Of a stretch of 44,169 nt of DNA, positions 7,348 through 15,242 are shown piece after piece. The notes below the pieces were generated by a model. The model saw only the letters and a program-made list of their open reading frames with translations, had not been told where the DNA came from and searched no databases. Position 1 is the first letter of the stretch, and each line of letters starts with the position of its first letter. The DNA is from an uncultured Deinococcales bacterium (lineage in GTDB: Bacteria > Deinococcota > Deinococci > Deinococcales > JAAFIG01): positions 2,162 through 46,330 of the forward strand of contig CAXTTL010000009.1 in assembly GCA_964247135.1 (NCBI GenBank). Direction: 5' to 3'. The position numbers and the translations under genes are program-made.

Positions 7348-8967
7348 TCAATCTAAATTTTGGCGAATATCATTGATCCATTTGCTGTACACGCCTTCGA
7401 GCAATCTGGATTTGTCTTTGGCTCGTCTGGCGTCGTAATGCCACCGCGTGTTATCTTGTCCGAGAATATAAGCTTCGCCTTTGTTTTGAATGCTGTCATC
7501 CCAGCCCAGGCTCTCGCGCAATTGTTTTGTCAATGCCCAAAGTGCTTGTGAGGCAAGACGTTTGTTGTTCGTTTCGGGGTACAGGGCATCAATCATATTT
7601 TCGCTGCTGGCTTGCCCGTTGTGCTCGAGCAGGTAAACCAGCAGTTCTGCGACTTTTGAATTTGATTTAAGGCGAATGCTTTGTTGGTTCACTTCGACCC
7701 TCAGCACGCCCAAAGCCTGAACGTCTATTAAAAGTGGTGTTTGGCTGGGCAGTGACGAAAAGAAATAACCGTGTTGCTCGGCAAGGGCAAACAATTCTGG
7801 GAAGCAATGGCGTTCCTCGAGCACACAAAGTCGTTTCGGGTCAATGTTTTGAAACTGCTCGAGCGCTTGGCTTGTGCGTCCCTCCAGGCGGGCGAGTTCG
7901 GCGTTTAAAAGACTTAAACGTATTTTTGCCTCTCCGTTTTGTGCTGGATGCTCGAGCAGTGACAATTGCTTTTGCGTTTCTTGAATGTCACCCCGTTGGA
8001 GTGAGGTGGCAGCAATCAATATTCGGATTTTATCGGTTTCATCGCTACGGTCAAGCGCTTCCCACAAGAGGTCGAGTGCGGCGTTCAATTGACCTGCACA
8101 ACGCAGCGTGTGTCCTAAACCACACATGGCGGCAATTCGGTCATCACCATCATTTTTGTTGTTGACGTATTGAAGACCGCGCTCATAGGCAAAGATCGCC
8201 CTGGTCCATTGTCCTTGGCTGCGACGCACCGCGCCAATACCACTCCAGGCTCTCGAGCGAAACGCTTTGGCGTCTTGGCGGTTGCTGAGTTCTCGAACGG
8301 TGTAAAAATGTTGTTCGGCTTCGGGCAATCGCAACTCGAGCGTCACCAGTCCAAGGTTGTATTTGATCCAGGCTGCGTAGTACGGATCGTGTTTTAAGAG
8401 CGCATGGGCTTGATTGTATTGGGTTTGCGCCGTGGTCAATTCGTGGTTTAGAAAACAACACGAACCGTATTCCATATGGCAAAGACCGAGTGATCGTCCC
8501 GTCAGCAATGAAAGCGCTGTGGTGAAAGATTGATGCCAACCCTCACGTTTTAAGGCGGCTAAACATTCGCCCTGAATCCGCCATGCCAAACCTGGGTTAA
8601 AAGTTGTTTCGAGGCTTGTGAGGGTGTTGAGGGCATCAAGATACCGTTCCAGTTTGCGATATGCCCAGGCAAGATATGCGGCGGCGTGTTGTTGAATGGT
8701 TTGATTAAAATGCGGCGGCATCTCGAGAATCAGTTGTGGTTCACGTCCGTTGCAGGCGATTTGCAAGCTGATGTTGATCCAATTGGGTTGACAGCGCAAG
8801 GTCACAGGGACGTGTTGGAGTAATTTTGCCAGTACAGCAAATTGATACAGGGTTTTTGCTTTTTCAAAGGCGTGGCAAAATGTTCGCAGTGCCGTAACCC
8901 AATCTTTGTTCTTGATCAAAATCTCAAGGCTCTGGGCATACAGGGCAATGTTCTCCGAAGATGGCAC
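7348..8967 (-). CDS. TPR-repeat protein with C-terminal winged-helix (SARP/OmpR-like) DNA-binding domain; putative transcriptional regulator
   Basis: Serial TPR-like units (AWIKYNLGLV, AWSGIGAVRRSQGQWTRAIFAYERGL, AMCGLGHTLRCAGQLNAALDLL). C-terminal IDVQALGVLRVEVN..KVAELLVYLLEH..MIDALYPE..LTKQLRESLG..Y.L..WHYDA is typical of SARP-type wHTH, but the BTAD is very short. Confidence 0.8.
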   Translation of the reverse strand: MPSSENIALYAQSLEILIKNKDWVTALRTFCHAFEKAKTLYQFAVLAKLLQHVPVTLRCQPNWINISLQIACNGREPQLILEMPPHFNQTIQQHAAAYLAWAYRKLERYLDALNTLTSLETTFNPGLAWRIQGECLAALKREGWHQSFTTALSLLTGRSLGLCHMEYGSCCFLNHELTTAQTQYNQAHALLKHDPYYAAWIKYNLGLVTLELRLPEAEQHFYTVRELSNRQDAKAFRSRAWSGIGAVRRSQGQWTRAIFAYERGLQYVNNKNDGDDRIAAMCGLGHTLRCAGQLNAALDLLWEALDRSDETDKIRILIAATSLQRGDIQETQKQLSLLEHPAQNGEAKIRLSLLNAELARLEGRTSQALEQFQNIDPKRLCVLEERHCFPELFALAEQHGYFFSSLPSQTPLLIDVQALGVLRVEVNQQSIRLKSNSKVAELLVYLLEHNGQASSENMIDALYPETNNKRLASQALWALTKQLRESLGWDDSIQNKGEAYILGQDNTRWHYDARRAKDKSRLLEGVYSKWINDIRQNLD

Positions 8968-8972
8968 GTCAT

Positions 8973-8978
8973 ATTCTA
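8973..8978 (-). promoter_or_regulatory. Putative -10 box (TAGAAT) of a leaderless promoter for the TPR regulator
   Basis: Minus strand TAGAAT-ATGAC-GTG(start 8967); no SD is visible. Confidence 0.5.
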
Positions 8979-8979
8979 A

Positions 8980-9011
8980 GGGTTTGCGGTCATGCGCATG
9001 ACCGCAAACCC
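8980..9011. repeat. Perfect 32-bp palindrome between the peptide ORF and the TPR gene (terminator, stabiliser or operator)
   Basis: GGGTTTGCGGTCATGC|GCATGACCGCAAACCC equals its own reverse complement. Starts 8 nt after the peptide stop; only TT follows on the minus strand. Confidence 0.9.
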
Positions 9012-9019
9012 AGATTTAT

Positions 9020-9151
9020 TCAACCACCGCCAGCGCCTGTTTTTGGATCATCCGCCAAGATCATCGGTGCTGGTTGAACCAAGTGCGCCGTGCTTAACCC
9101 TGCAAGACCAAGAATTCCGAGCACTAAAACCCATGCCAAAACTTTGCGCAT
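9020..9151 (-). CDS. 43-aa small protein with signal-peptide/TM-like N-terminus and polar Gly-rich C-terminus (candidate signalling pro-peptide)
   Basis: MRKVLAWVLVLGILGLAGLSTAHLVQPAPMILADDPKTGAGGG*. ATG at 9151 with AAGGGG SD 5 nt upstream; basic N-region, ~16-aa hydrophobic core, S-T-A possible cleavage site. It is the 3' part of track ORF 9020..9352. Confidence 0.75.
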   Translation of the reverse strand: MRKVLAWVLVLGILGLAGLSTAHLVQPAPMILADDPKTGAGGG

Positions 9152-9216
9152 ACAAACCCCTTCGGCTCGGGCGCAGCCAAGAAAAACGCCCACCCAGACA
9201 TGCTTCAAACGCCGCA

Positions 9217-9242
9217 CGGTGCACAAAGCGCTTTGTGCACCG
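9217..9242. repeat. Perfect 26-bp palindrome upstream of the peptide ORF
   Basis: CGGTGCACAAAGC|GCTTTGTGCACCG; followed by GCATTTTT on the + strand and by TGCGGCGTTTGAAGC on the - strand. Confidence 0.9.
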
Positions 9243-9393
9243 GCATTTTTGAATGTCAGAAGGACTGTTCTTGTCCGAGGGTGATGCTCGAGGTGAGGCA
9301 CTCTTGGATGGGGTTTGATTTTAAACACGAGAATCGCGTGCCCATGCGTCAATTCGTGACGTGCTGATGTGACTATTCAAAGTTCAGGGCATC

Positions 9394-9421
9394 AAAAAAA
9401 TGGCAGCCTTTAAGGCTGCCA
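9394..9421 (-). terminator. Rho-independent terminator after the DUF3224 gene
   Basis: Inverted repeat TGGCAGCCTT-N-AAGGCTGCCA (9401-9421) followed by T7 on the minus strand. Insulates the peptide/TPR/cas region from upstream transcription. Confidence 0.85.
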
Positions 9422-9455
9422 AAAAATAACTTATTCTGAAATTTTTTAAATCAAC

Positions 9456-9848
9456 TCACTCGAGCGCGTACTCAAATTCGTAAGAATGCACACCACCCTC
9501 AATGATGATTTTCATTGTGCCGCAGAGTCCTGTCAATTCATCTGTCCCAGAATCTGGCACAACACCAACCTCGAGTTTTGGCGCACCCCTGTTCATGGTG
9601 CCGGTGTGTTGAAGCACAAAACTGCCCGCACGGTTTTGCAACGTTCCGTTCACCCGTTCGATGGCGACATATCCCGCCGAGCCTTTGACCGCCGTGCCAG
9701 CCGAAAGCATCTCGCCGCGACTGGTGGCTGTCAGGTCGCCAAAAAATTGTTTGTCGATGTCCAAGCGACCAAGGCTGGCATCGGCTGTGGGGTTATTGAG
9801 CGTTAAAGGGCTGATTTTGACTTCAAACGTTCCGCTGGCTCGAGGCAT
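9456..9848 (-). CDS. DUF3224 family protein
   Basis: ASGTFEVK..IDKQFFGDL..GEMLSA..SAGYVAIERVNGTL..GSFVLQH..VVPDSGTDELTGL.G..HSYEFEY pattern; SD AAGGAG. Confidence 0.85.
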   Translation of the reverse strand: MPRASGTFEVKISPLTLNNPTADASLGRLDIDKQFFGDLTATSRGEMLSAGTAVKGSAGYVAIERVNGTLQNRAGSFVLQHTGTMNRGAPKLEVGVVPDSGTDELTGLCGTMKIIIEGGVHSYEFEYALE

Positions 9849-9863
9849 GATGCTCCTTTAAAT

Positions 9864-10382
9864 TTAAATTGAGAGGTATCGTTCTTGCAAAATCTTAAGG
9901 TGATGCCTGACGTGACCGACCATGATGTACGCCAATGCCAGCACCGTAATTCGGTTGTTGCTGGCAATGCCCTCCGCAGTCCAGGCGTCAGCACTCAAAT
10001 GCTTGAACATCAAAACGTTGGCGGTTCGCAGCGCCACAAATTCGGCGCAAAGATCGCCCAGTGAAATCTGATCAAAACCGGCTTGAGCCACGTACTGCTT
10101 TTCATCAAAACCCGAGAGCTGCGCCGTGTCGGCTCGAGAAAACGTAAACGCCCGAAAGGCAAAAACCCGTTCACCGTCGATCAGATGCCCGACCATTTGA
10201 CGGATGCTCCACTTGTCGGCGCCGTAACGAAAAAGGGATTTTTCTTCGGAAATACCGCCCAGCAAGGCTCGAGTTTGTTCGATCTGCGACTCGAGTTCTG
10301 GCAGGATTTCGCTTTCTGGCACGAGTGAAACGTAAGTTTCGTAAAACGGGTTGTACTCGGTTTTATCGGGGCGCTGGTTCAT
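9864..10382 (-). CDS. DinB family protein
   Basis: YGADKWSIRQMVGHLIDGERVFAFRA, GFDE..Y, GHVRHH metal-binding histidines; SD AAGGAG. Confidence 0.88.
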   Translation of the reverse strand: MNQRPDKTEYNPFYETYVSLVPESEILPELESQIEQTRALLGGISEEKSLFRYGADKWSIRQMVGHLIDGERVFAFRAFTFSRADTAQLSGFDEKQYVAQAGFDQISLGDLCAEFVALRTANVLMFKHLSADAWTAEGIASNNRITVLALAYIMVGHVRHHLKILQERYLSI

Positions 10383-10391
10383 GGTTTCTCC

Positions 10392-11330
10392 TTAAACATT
10401 GCTGGTGATTTGAACCTCGTTCAGGCGGCGCCTTGCAACGACGGCGGTCGGAAAGCTGGGCGAAAGCATCAGGGCGCGAGCCAGCGCCACGGCGGTGCCG
10501 TAACGTAAACTCTCGGTCCAGTCCATGTTCTGGGTGATGCCAACAATCGTGCCCGCCAGCAGTGCATCGCCGCAACCGACGGTGTTTTTGACCTGAACCC
10601 TGGGCGGCGAGGCTTGAAAACACGAGTATTTGGTCAGCATGATCGCCCCCTCGCCACCCAAGGACAACAGCACGTTTTGCGCCCCCAAGGCTTGAATCTT
10701 TCTGGCGGCAGCCACCGCATCGCTGAGGTCCTGAATTTTGGTGCCCAGCAGCATTTCAGCCTCCACACGGTTGGGTTTGACCAACCAAGGTTCGGCTCTC
10801 AGTGCCAACTCGAGGGCAGAGCCTTCGGCGTCGACCACCACTTTCGCGCCGCGAAGTTGAATTTTACGGGTCAAATCGGCGTACACGGTGCTCTGAATGC
10901 CGCGCGGCAAACTGCCCGCCAGCACCACCACACTGTTGGGCAAAATTCGTTTTAACAGGGTCGTCTCGAGGGTTTGCCACTCGAGCAAATCGAGCGTGGG
11001 ACCGCTGGCGTTAAACTCGGTGACTTGAGCGCCGTCAACCAACTTAAAATTGCAACGGCTCGAACCGGCAATCGGAATTTTCACCAGTTCAAAATTGGTA
11101 TCGACCAACAAACTCGAGATCGCTTGACCGACCACATCGCCGAGCGGGGCAATGGCGATGCTCGAGATGCCCAGTTTGGCGGCGGCTTGGGCAACGTTGA
11201 TGCCTTTGCCGCTGGCTTCGATAAAGGCGCTCTGGGCGCGGTTCATGCCCCCCAAAGTCACCCCAGTGTGGACTTGGGTGATGTCAAGGGCAGGGTTAAG
11301 GGTCAGGGTGATGATTCTGGCTTGGGTCAT
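10392..11330 (-). CDS. 1-phosphofructokinase/hexose kinase (PfkB/FruK/LacC family)
   Basis: TLTLNPALD, GKGINVA, LAGSLPRG, VKPNRxE, SLGGEGA, NTVGCGDA. Confidence 0.9.
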   Translation of the reverse strand: MTQARIITLTLNPALDITQVHTGVTLGGMNRAQSAFIEASGKGINVAQAAAKLGISSIAIAPLGDVVGQAISSLLVDTNFELVKIPIAGSSRCNFKLVDGAQVTEFNASGPTLDLLEWQTLETTLLKRILPNSVVVLAGSLPRGIQSTVYADLTRKIQLRGAKVVVDAEGSALELALRAEPWLVKPNRVEAEMLLGTKIQDLSDAVAAARKIQALGAQNVLLSLGGEGAIMLTKYSCFQASPPRVQVKNTVGCGDALLAGTIVGITQNMDWTESLRYGTAVALARALMLSPSFPTAVVARRRLNEVQITSNV

Positions 11331-12807
11331 GGGTGTTGGTATCCTCGTGAAGTATGGCGTTCAGTCTATCGTGTTCTCGCAAAACCCGAGCATACCTTGC
11401 CTGGAGTGCGCTGTTGTCGTGTTCTGGCACAAATTGCTTGATCGAAGATGGCGTTTTAACCCGATTGCCTTGGTGATGCCACGCCAGCAGCGCCGCCCCG
11501 AGCGCACTGGCGTGTGGGCTGGAGTGTACCTCGAGCGGCACGCCGAAAATGTTGGCTTTGCACTGCATCCAAACCTCGCTCTGGGTCGAACCGCCAACCG
11601 CCCGAATGCGGCTGGGCGCAATCGTCAAGCGTTGCAAACTGCGGTTTGACTCGAGGCACAAGCCTTCCAGCACGGCTTTTGCCAGGTGTCCAAGATCGTG
11701 GGTTTCGCGCAAACCCAAAAACATGCCGCCCGTCAGGGCAGTGTCGAAGGGGTCGTCGCTTGGGTTGCGCAGGTGCGGCACGAACAGGGGCGTGTCGCCC
11801 TGACACCGACCCGCCAGCTCGAGAATTCTGGCTCGAGCGCCTTCAAAATCGCTTTGGTTCGCAACGGTGCGCACAAACCAGTCAAACGTCGAACCCGCCG
11901 CGCGAAAAGTCGTCATGGCGTACCACTGATCGGCAAGCGCATGATGTCCGACCACAAGCCCAGGCTGTTCGAGCACGGCTTTGATTTGATCGCGTGTCAG
12001 AATTTGCATGAAGGTTTCGACGGTCCCGCAGGCGTGCATGACCGCACCAGGAGCGTTAACACCGAGCGCGAACGCCGCACAGGTCTGGTCGTGTGCCGCC
12101 TCGAGCACACTGGTGCCAACCTGTAAACCCGTCAATGTTGCCGCCTCGAGGGTCACTTTCCCAATACTTTCCCCTGGCATTCTGAGTGGCGCGAGCACAT
12201 CTCCAACACCGCATTGTTTGGCGAGGCTGGCGTTCCACCTCGAGCTTTTTAAATCGAGCAGCAAGGTTCTGGAGGCTTGGGTTAGACCCATTTGAATGGT
12301 GCCAGTCAGTTGCAACGCAATCCAGTCCGCCAAAGACAGCCAACGCGTTTCGGGCGTGAACAATTCTGGACGCTCGAGCCTCAGCCACAAGATTTTTAAA
12401 AGCGAATACGTGTGATCCGCCATCAAACCCGAACTGGCACGCAAGCTTTCGAGGGAAACGGTTTGCTCGAGCTGTTCGAGCACAATTTTGGGTCGGTTAT
12501 CAAACCACGCCAACATTCTCGGCTCGAGCAGCAGGTTTGACGTGTTCACCAGCACGCCAGATTCGCCAAAACTGCTGATACCGATGGCTTTGATCTGATC
12601 TGCATAACCTTTTACGGCTTCTCGAATCAGTCTTGCCGTGACCTCCCACAAATCTCGAGCATCGTGTTCGGCAGATTCTTCGGCGAGACGGGTGATCGGG
12701 GTTGGGGTTTCCAACAGGCGAACCACTTCGGATTCGGGCGTGAAGACCCCGACCTTGATGGCGCTCGTGCCAAGGTCGATGCCGAGCAGCAAATCTCGAG
12801 GTTTCAT
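11296..12807 (-). CDS. FGGY-family carbohydrate kinase
   Basis: LLGIDLGTSAIK, ISSFGESG, AWFDNR, ASRTLLLD, AHDQ, GTVE, AVLEG, VGG, SALGAALLA. Start trimmed to ATG 12807 (CAGGAAAAA upstream). Confidence 0.88.
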   Translation of the reverse strand: MKPRDLLLGIDLGTSAIKVGVFTPESEVVRLLETPTPITRLAEESAEHDARDLWEVTARLIREAVKGYADQIKAIGISSFGESGVLVNTSNLLLEPRMLAWFDNRPKIVLEQLEQTVSLESLRASSGLMADHTYSLLKILWLRLERPELFTPETRWLSLADWIALQLTGTIQMGLTQASRTLLLDLKSSRWNASLAKQCGVGDVLAPLRMPGESIGKVTLEAATLTGLQVGTSVLEAAHDQTCAAFALGVNAPGAVMHACGTVETFMQILTRDQIKAVLEQPGLVVGHHALADQWYAMTTFRAAGSTFDWFVRTVANQSDFEGARARILELAGRCQGDTPLFVPHLRNPSDDPFDTALTGGMFLGLRETHDLGHLAKAVLEGLCLESNRSLQRLTIAPSRIRAVGGSTQSEVWMQCKANIFGVPLEVHSSPHASALGAALLAWHHQGNRVKTPSSIKQFVPEHDNSALQARYARVLREHDRLNAILHEDTNTHDPSQNHHPDP

Positions 12808-12821
12808 GATTGATTTTTCCT

Positions 12822-12845
12822 GTAGGGGCGCATCGCTATGCGCCC
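12822..12845 (+). repeat. GTAG-footed REP-like palindrome
   Basis: GTAG GGGCGCAT CGCT ATGCGCCC, intergenic. Confidence 0.7.
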
Positions 12846-12891
12846 TCGCAAGACCGCAATTTTTCAATTTTGGAATTGGAGGATTTGTTCT

Positions 12892-13788
12892 TCACAAGCG
12901 TTCCTCGAGCACCGCCAACGCCCCGTACAAGCTGGCGCTCGAGCCAAGTTTTGCCCAGACGAGTTTGACCGATTCTTTGGGGTAAGGGCGGCGCAGGTGC
13001 TCGAGAATCAGGTGAATAAATTTTTCTTTTGGGAAGTCTTGCATCAGCGGGATGCCGCCGCCAATCACGCAAACTTCGGGGTCGATCAGGTTGATGGTGG
13101 TGGCGATGGCGAAGGCTTGATCGCGGATAAAGTCTTGTATGGCTGGATTCAGGTTTTTATTTTGAGCACTGAACAATTCGGAAACTGGAATATTAAATTG
13201 CTTGCCAAGTTCATTTAAAGTATGCCCGCAAGCATACGCCTCGAGACAGTCTAGATTGCCGCAGACACAGATTTTGCCGCGCCCATGAATGGGGATGTGC
13301 CCGATTTCCATGCCGACCGAAAAACCACGGTACGGTTTACCATCAATCAAAAAACCTCCGCCGACACCTGTTCCCAAAAAAATTCCAACCGTCGAACTCG
13401 AACCCAGCGCCGCACCAGAGTGCTGCTCACCCAAAGTCAGCAATACAATGTCACGCTCGAGCCGCACGGGTTTTTGAAGTCTTGTTTCCAGGGTTGTTGC
13501 CAGCCTTAAACCCTCGAGTTGCGGGATGTTGGGACCAGAAAGCACCATGTCCATGTCACGGTCTAAACTGACTGGAACGCCCAGCACCACCGCATCAAAC
13601 TCGAGTTTGAATTGTATTGCATATTCGAGAATGATGTTCTCGAGTGCGGTTATTGGATCATCAACCCGCAAGCGTTCGGTCAGCACGCTCGAGCTGGCAC
13701 TTGAAGCCTTTCCAGCCGCCAGATGCCCGAGCGCGATTTTGGTACCGCCGATGTCGGCAACGATAATGGTTTTGGGCAACTTTGACAT
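12892..13788 (-). CDS. alsK: ROK-family sugar kinase, D-allose kinase-like
   Basis: ADIGGT, LERD, LGTGVGG, EIGHIP..CVCGNLDCLE. C-terminal AIATTINLIDP..GGG...FP....LRRPYP resembles E. coli AlsK as recalled; symbol is tentative. Confidence 0.75.
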   Translation of the reverse strand: MSKLPKTIIVADIGGTKIALGHLAAGKASSASSSVLTERLRVDDPITALENIILEYAIQFKLEFDAVVLGVPVSLDRDMDMVLSGPNIPQLEGLRLATTLETRLQKPVRLERDIVLLTLGEQHSGAALGSSSTVGIFLGTGVGGGFLIDGKPYRGFSVGMEIGHIPIHGRGKICVCGNLDCLEAYACGHTLNELGKQFNIPVSELFSAQNKNLNPAIQDFIRDQAFAIATTINLIDPEVCVIGGGIPLMQDFPKEKFIHLILEHLRRPYPKESVKLVWAKLGSSASLYGALAVLEERL

Positions 13789-13890
13789 CTGAGAACCTCG
13801 AGAAAATCGGGCGTTTATGGTATCGCGCAACGAATTGGCGCTTGGCTGAATGGTCGCTGTGACGACTCACGCTAAACGTTAAACTGGCTC

Positions 13891-13920
13891 TTGACTTCTT
13901 TTGTTAACTAAGTTTACTAT
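13891..13920 (+). promoter_or_regulatory. Sigma70-type promoter of the ROK regulator/ABC operon, overlapping an imperfect ACTT..AAGT dyad
   Basis: TTGACT-N18-TACTAT, then AGGAGG SD before GTG 13953. Confidence 0.55.
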
Positions 13921-13952
13921 AACCTTCCAAAGAAAGTCCAGGAGGTTATTCG

Positions 13953-15191
13953 GTGCTCGAACCAAGGCTGGTTCATCATGCCGCTGACGCGATTTCTCGC
14001 GGTCAACGCCCAGGGGATGTGCGCCGCGTCAACCGTGCCACGGCGCTCGAGTTGCTGCGCGAACGCCCGCAGGGTCGCGCCGAACTGGCACGCGCGATGG
14101 GACTCTCCAAAGCGGCGCTGGGAGGCTTGATCTGGGATTTAACCATTGAAGGTTTGGTGCTCGAGCATCCACCCACCGCGATTGCCCGTGGGCGACACCC
14201 AGCACCGTTGCAAGTCAACGCCAACCGTTTCAGCGTGCTCGGCGTGCACCTTGCCTCGCACGGGCTTGAGGTGGGTTTGTATGATGCGCTCGGCGTTCAA
14301 CAAGACGTTCTTTATGCCCCAAGCCACGTCGGAGAGGGGATTGAACGGGTGCTCGCCCAGGTGATTGAAACCAGCCGCGCCCTGATGGCTCGAGCCAAAA
14401 AAACAAAAATTGGTGAAGTCGCCGCCCTGGCGATTGCCAGCCCAGGTCCGCTCGATGCCGTGCGCGGCATTGTGCTTGGCGCACCCAAATTTTTAGACTT
14501 AAATGGCATCAACCTGAAGCTCAAACTCGAGCAAGCCCTGAAGCTTCCGGTCAGGCTCGAGCGCGATGTCAACGCCGCCGCGACCGGGTATTTGCGGCAA
14601 ACCAAAACACAAAATTTTGTTTATATTCTCATGACCGGACCTGGCATTGGCGCCAGCGTGGTCATCAACCGCGCCGTCTACCGTGGAACGCACGGTTTCG
14701 CGGGCGAATTTGGGCACGTCTCGCTCGACCCAAAAGGTTTGGTTTGTTCGTGCGGAAACCGTGGTTGTTTGGAACGTTACGCCTCGAGCGACGCCATCGA
14801 AAACAATTACAAAAAACGCAGCCGCAAAACCCTGGGCATTGCCGAAATCGCCATTCAAGCTCGAGGGGGCGACCCCAAGGCGCAAGCTGTTTTTGACGAG
14901 GCTGGGACTGCCATCGGTTTGGCAGCCGTGACCCTGGTCAATTTATTTGACCCATCCCAACTGGTGCTGGCAAGCTCTGGCACGAGCTTCACCGACCTCT
15001 TGACCCCAAGCTTGAAGCGCCAACTTGCCAAACGCGCCTACCCATACCTGAATTTGGGCGCTCAACTCAAGATCGAAAACGTCAGCCTCGAGCACCCCGT
15101 CGCGCCTGGCGCCGCCGAATGCGTGCTCGAGGCAATTTATCAGGGCGAAATATCTATTCCAAAATCAAAAATGGAGGTGATGATGGGTTAA
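13953..15191 (+). CDS. ROK-family transcriptional regulator (NagC/XylR-like)
   Basis: N-terminal HTH (RRVNR..LELLR..RAELARAMGLSKAA), then ROK domain PGP, ERDVNAAA, GIGA, GFAGEFGH, CSCGNRGCLE. Confidence 0.92.
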   Translation: MLEPRLVHHAADAISRGQRPGDVRRVNRATALELLRERPQGRAELARAMGLSKAALGGLIWDLTIEGLVLEHPPTAIARGRHPAPLQVNANRFSVLGVHLASHGLEVGLYDALGVQQDVLYAPSHVGEGIERVLAQVIETSRALMARAKKTKIGEVAALAIASPGPLDAVRGIVLGAPKFLDLNGINLKLKLEQALKLPVRLERDVNAAATGYLRQTKTQNFVYILMTGPGIGASVVINRAVYRGTHGFAGEFGHVSLDPKGLVCSCGNRGCLERYASSDAIENNYKKRSRKTLGIAEIAIQARGGDPKAQAVFDEAGTAIGLAAVTLVNLFDPSQLVLASSGTSFTDLLTPSLKRQLAKRAYPYLNLGAQLKIENVSLEHPVAPGAAECVLEAIYQGEISIPKSKMEVMMG

Positions 15192-15242
15192 ACGCAACAC
15201 GCGGCAACAAGCAATCACTCGAGAGTTTCTGTGGAGGATGAC

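Noticed and set aside
9262-9276. GGAC-N7-GTCC dyad upstream of the peptide gene as a WYL operator
   Set aside because: 4-bp arms and a single copy are not distinguishable from chance without comparative data.
9152-9352. 110-aa version of the small ORF (track ORF 9020..9352)
   Set aside because: The TTG start has no SD and the extension runs through a perfect palindrome. ATG 9151 has an SD and gives a clean signal-peptide-like N-terminus.
1-9450. CRISPR array adjacent to the cas genes
   Set aside because: No regularly spaced direct repeats were seen. The operon runs off the left edge within cas4, so cas1, cas2 and the array probably lie outside the window.
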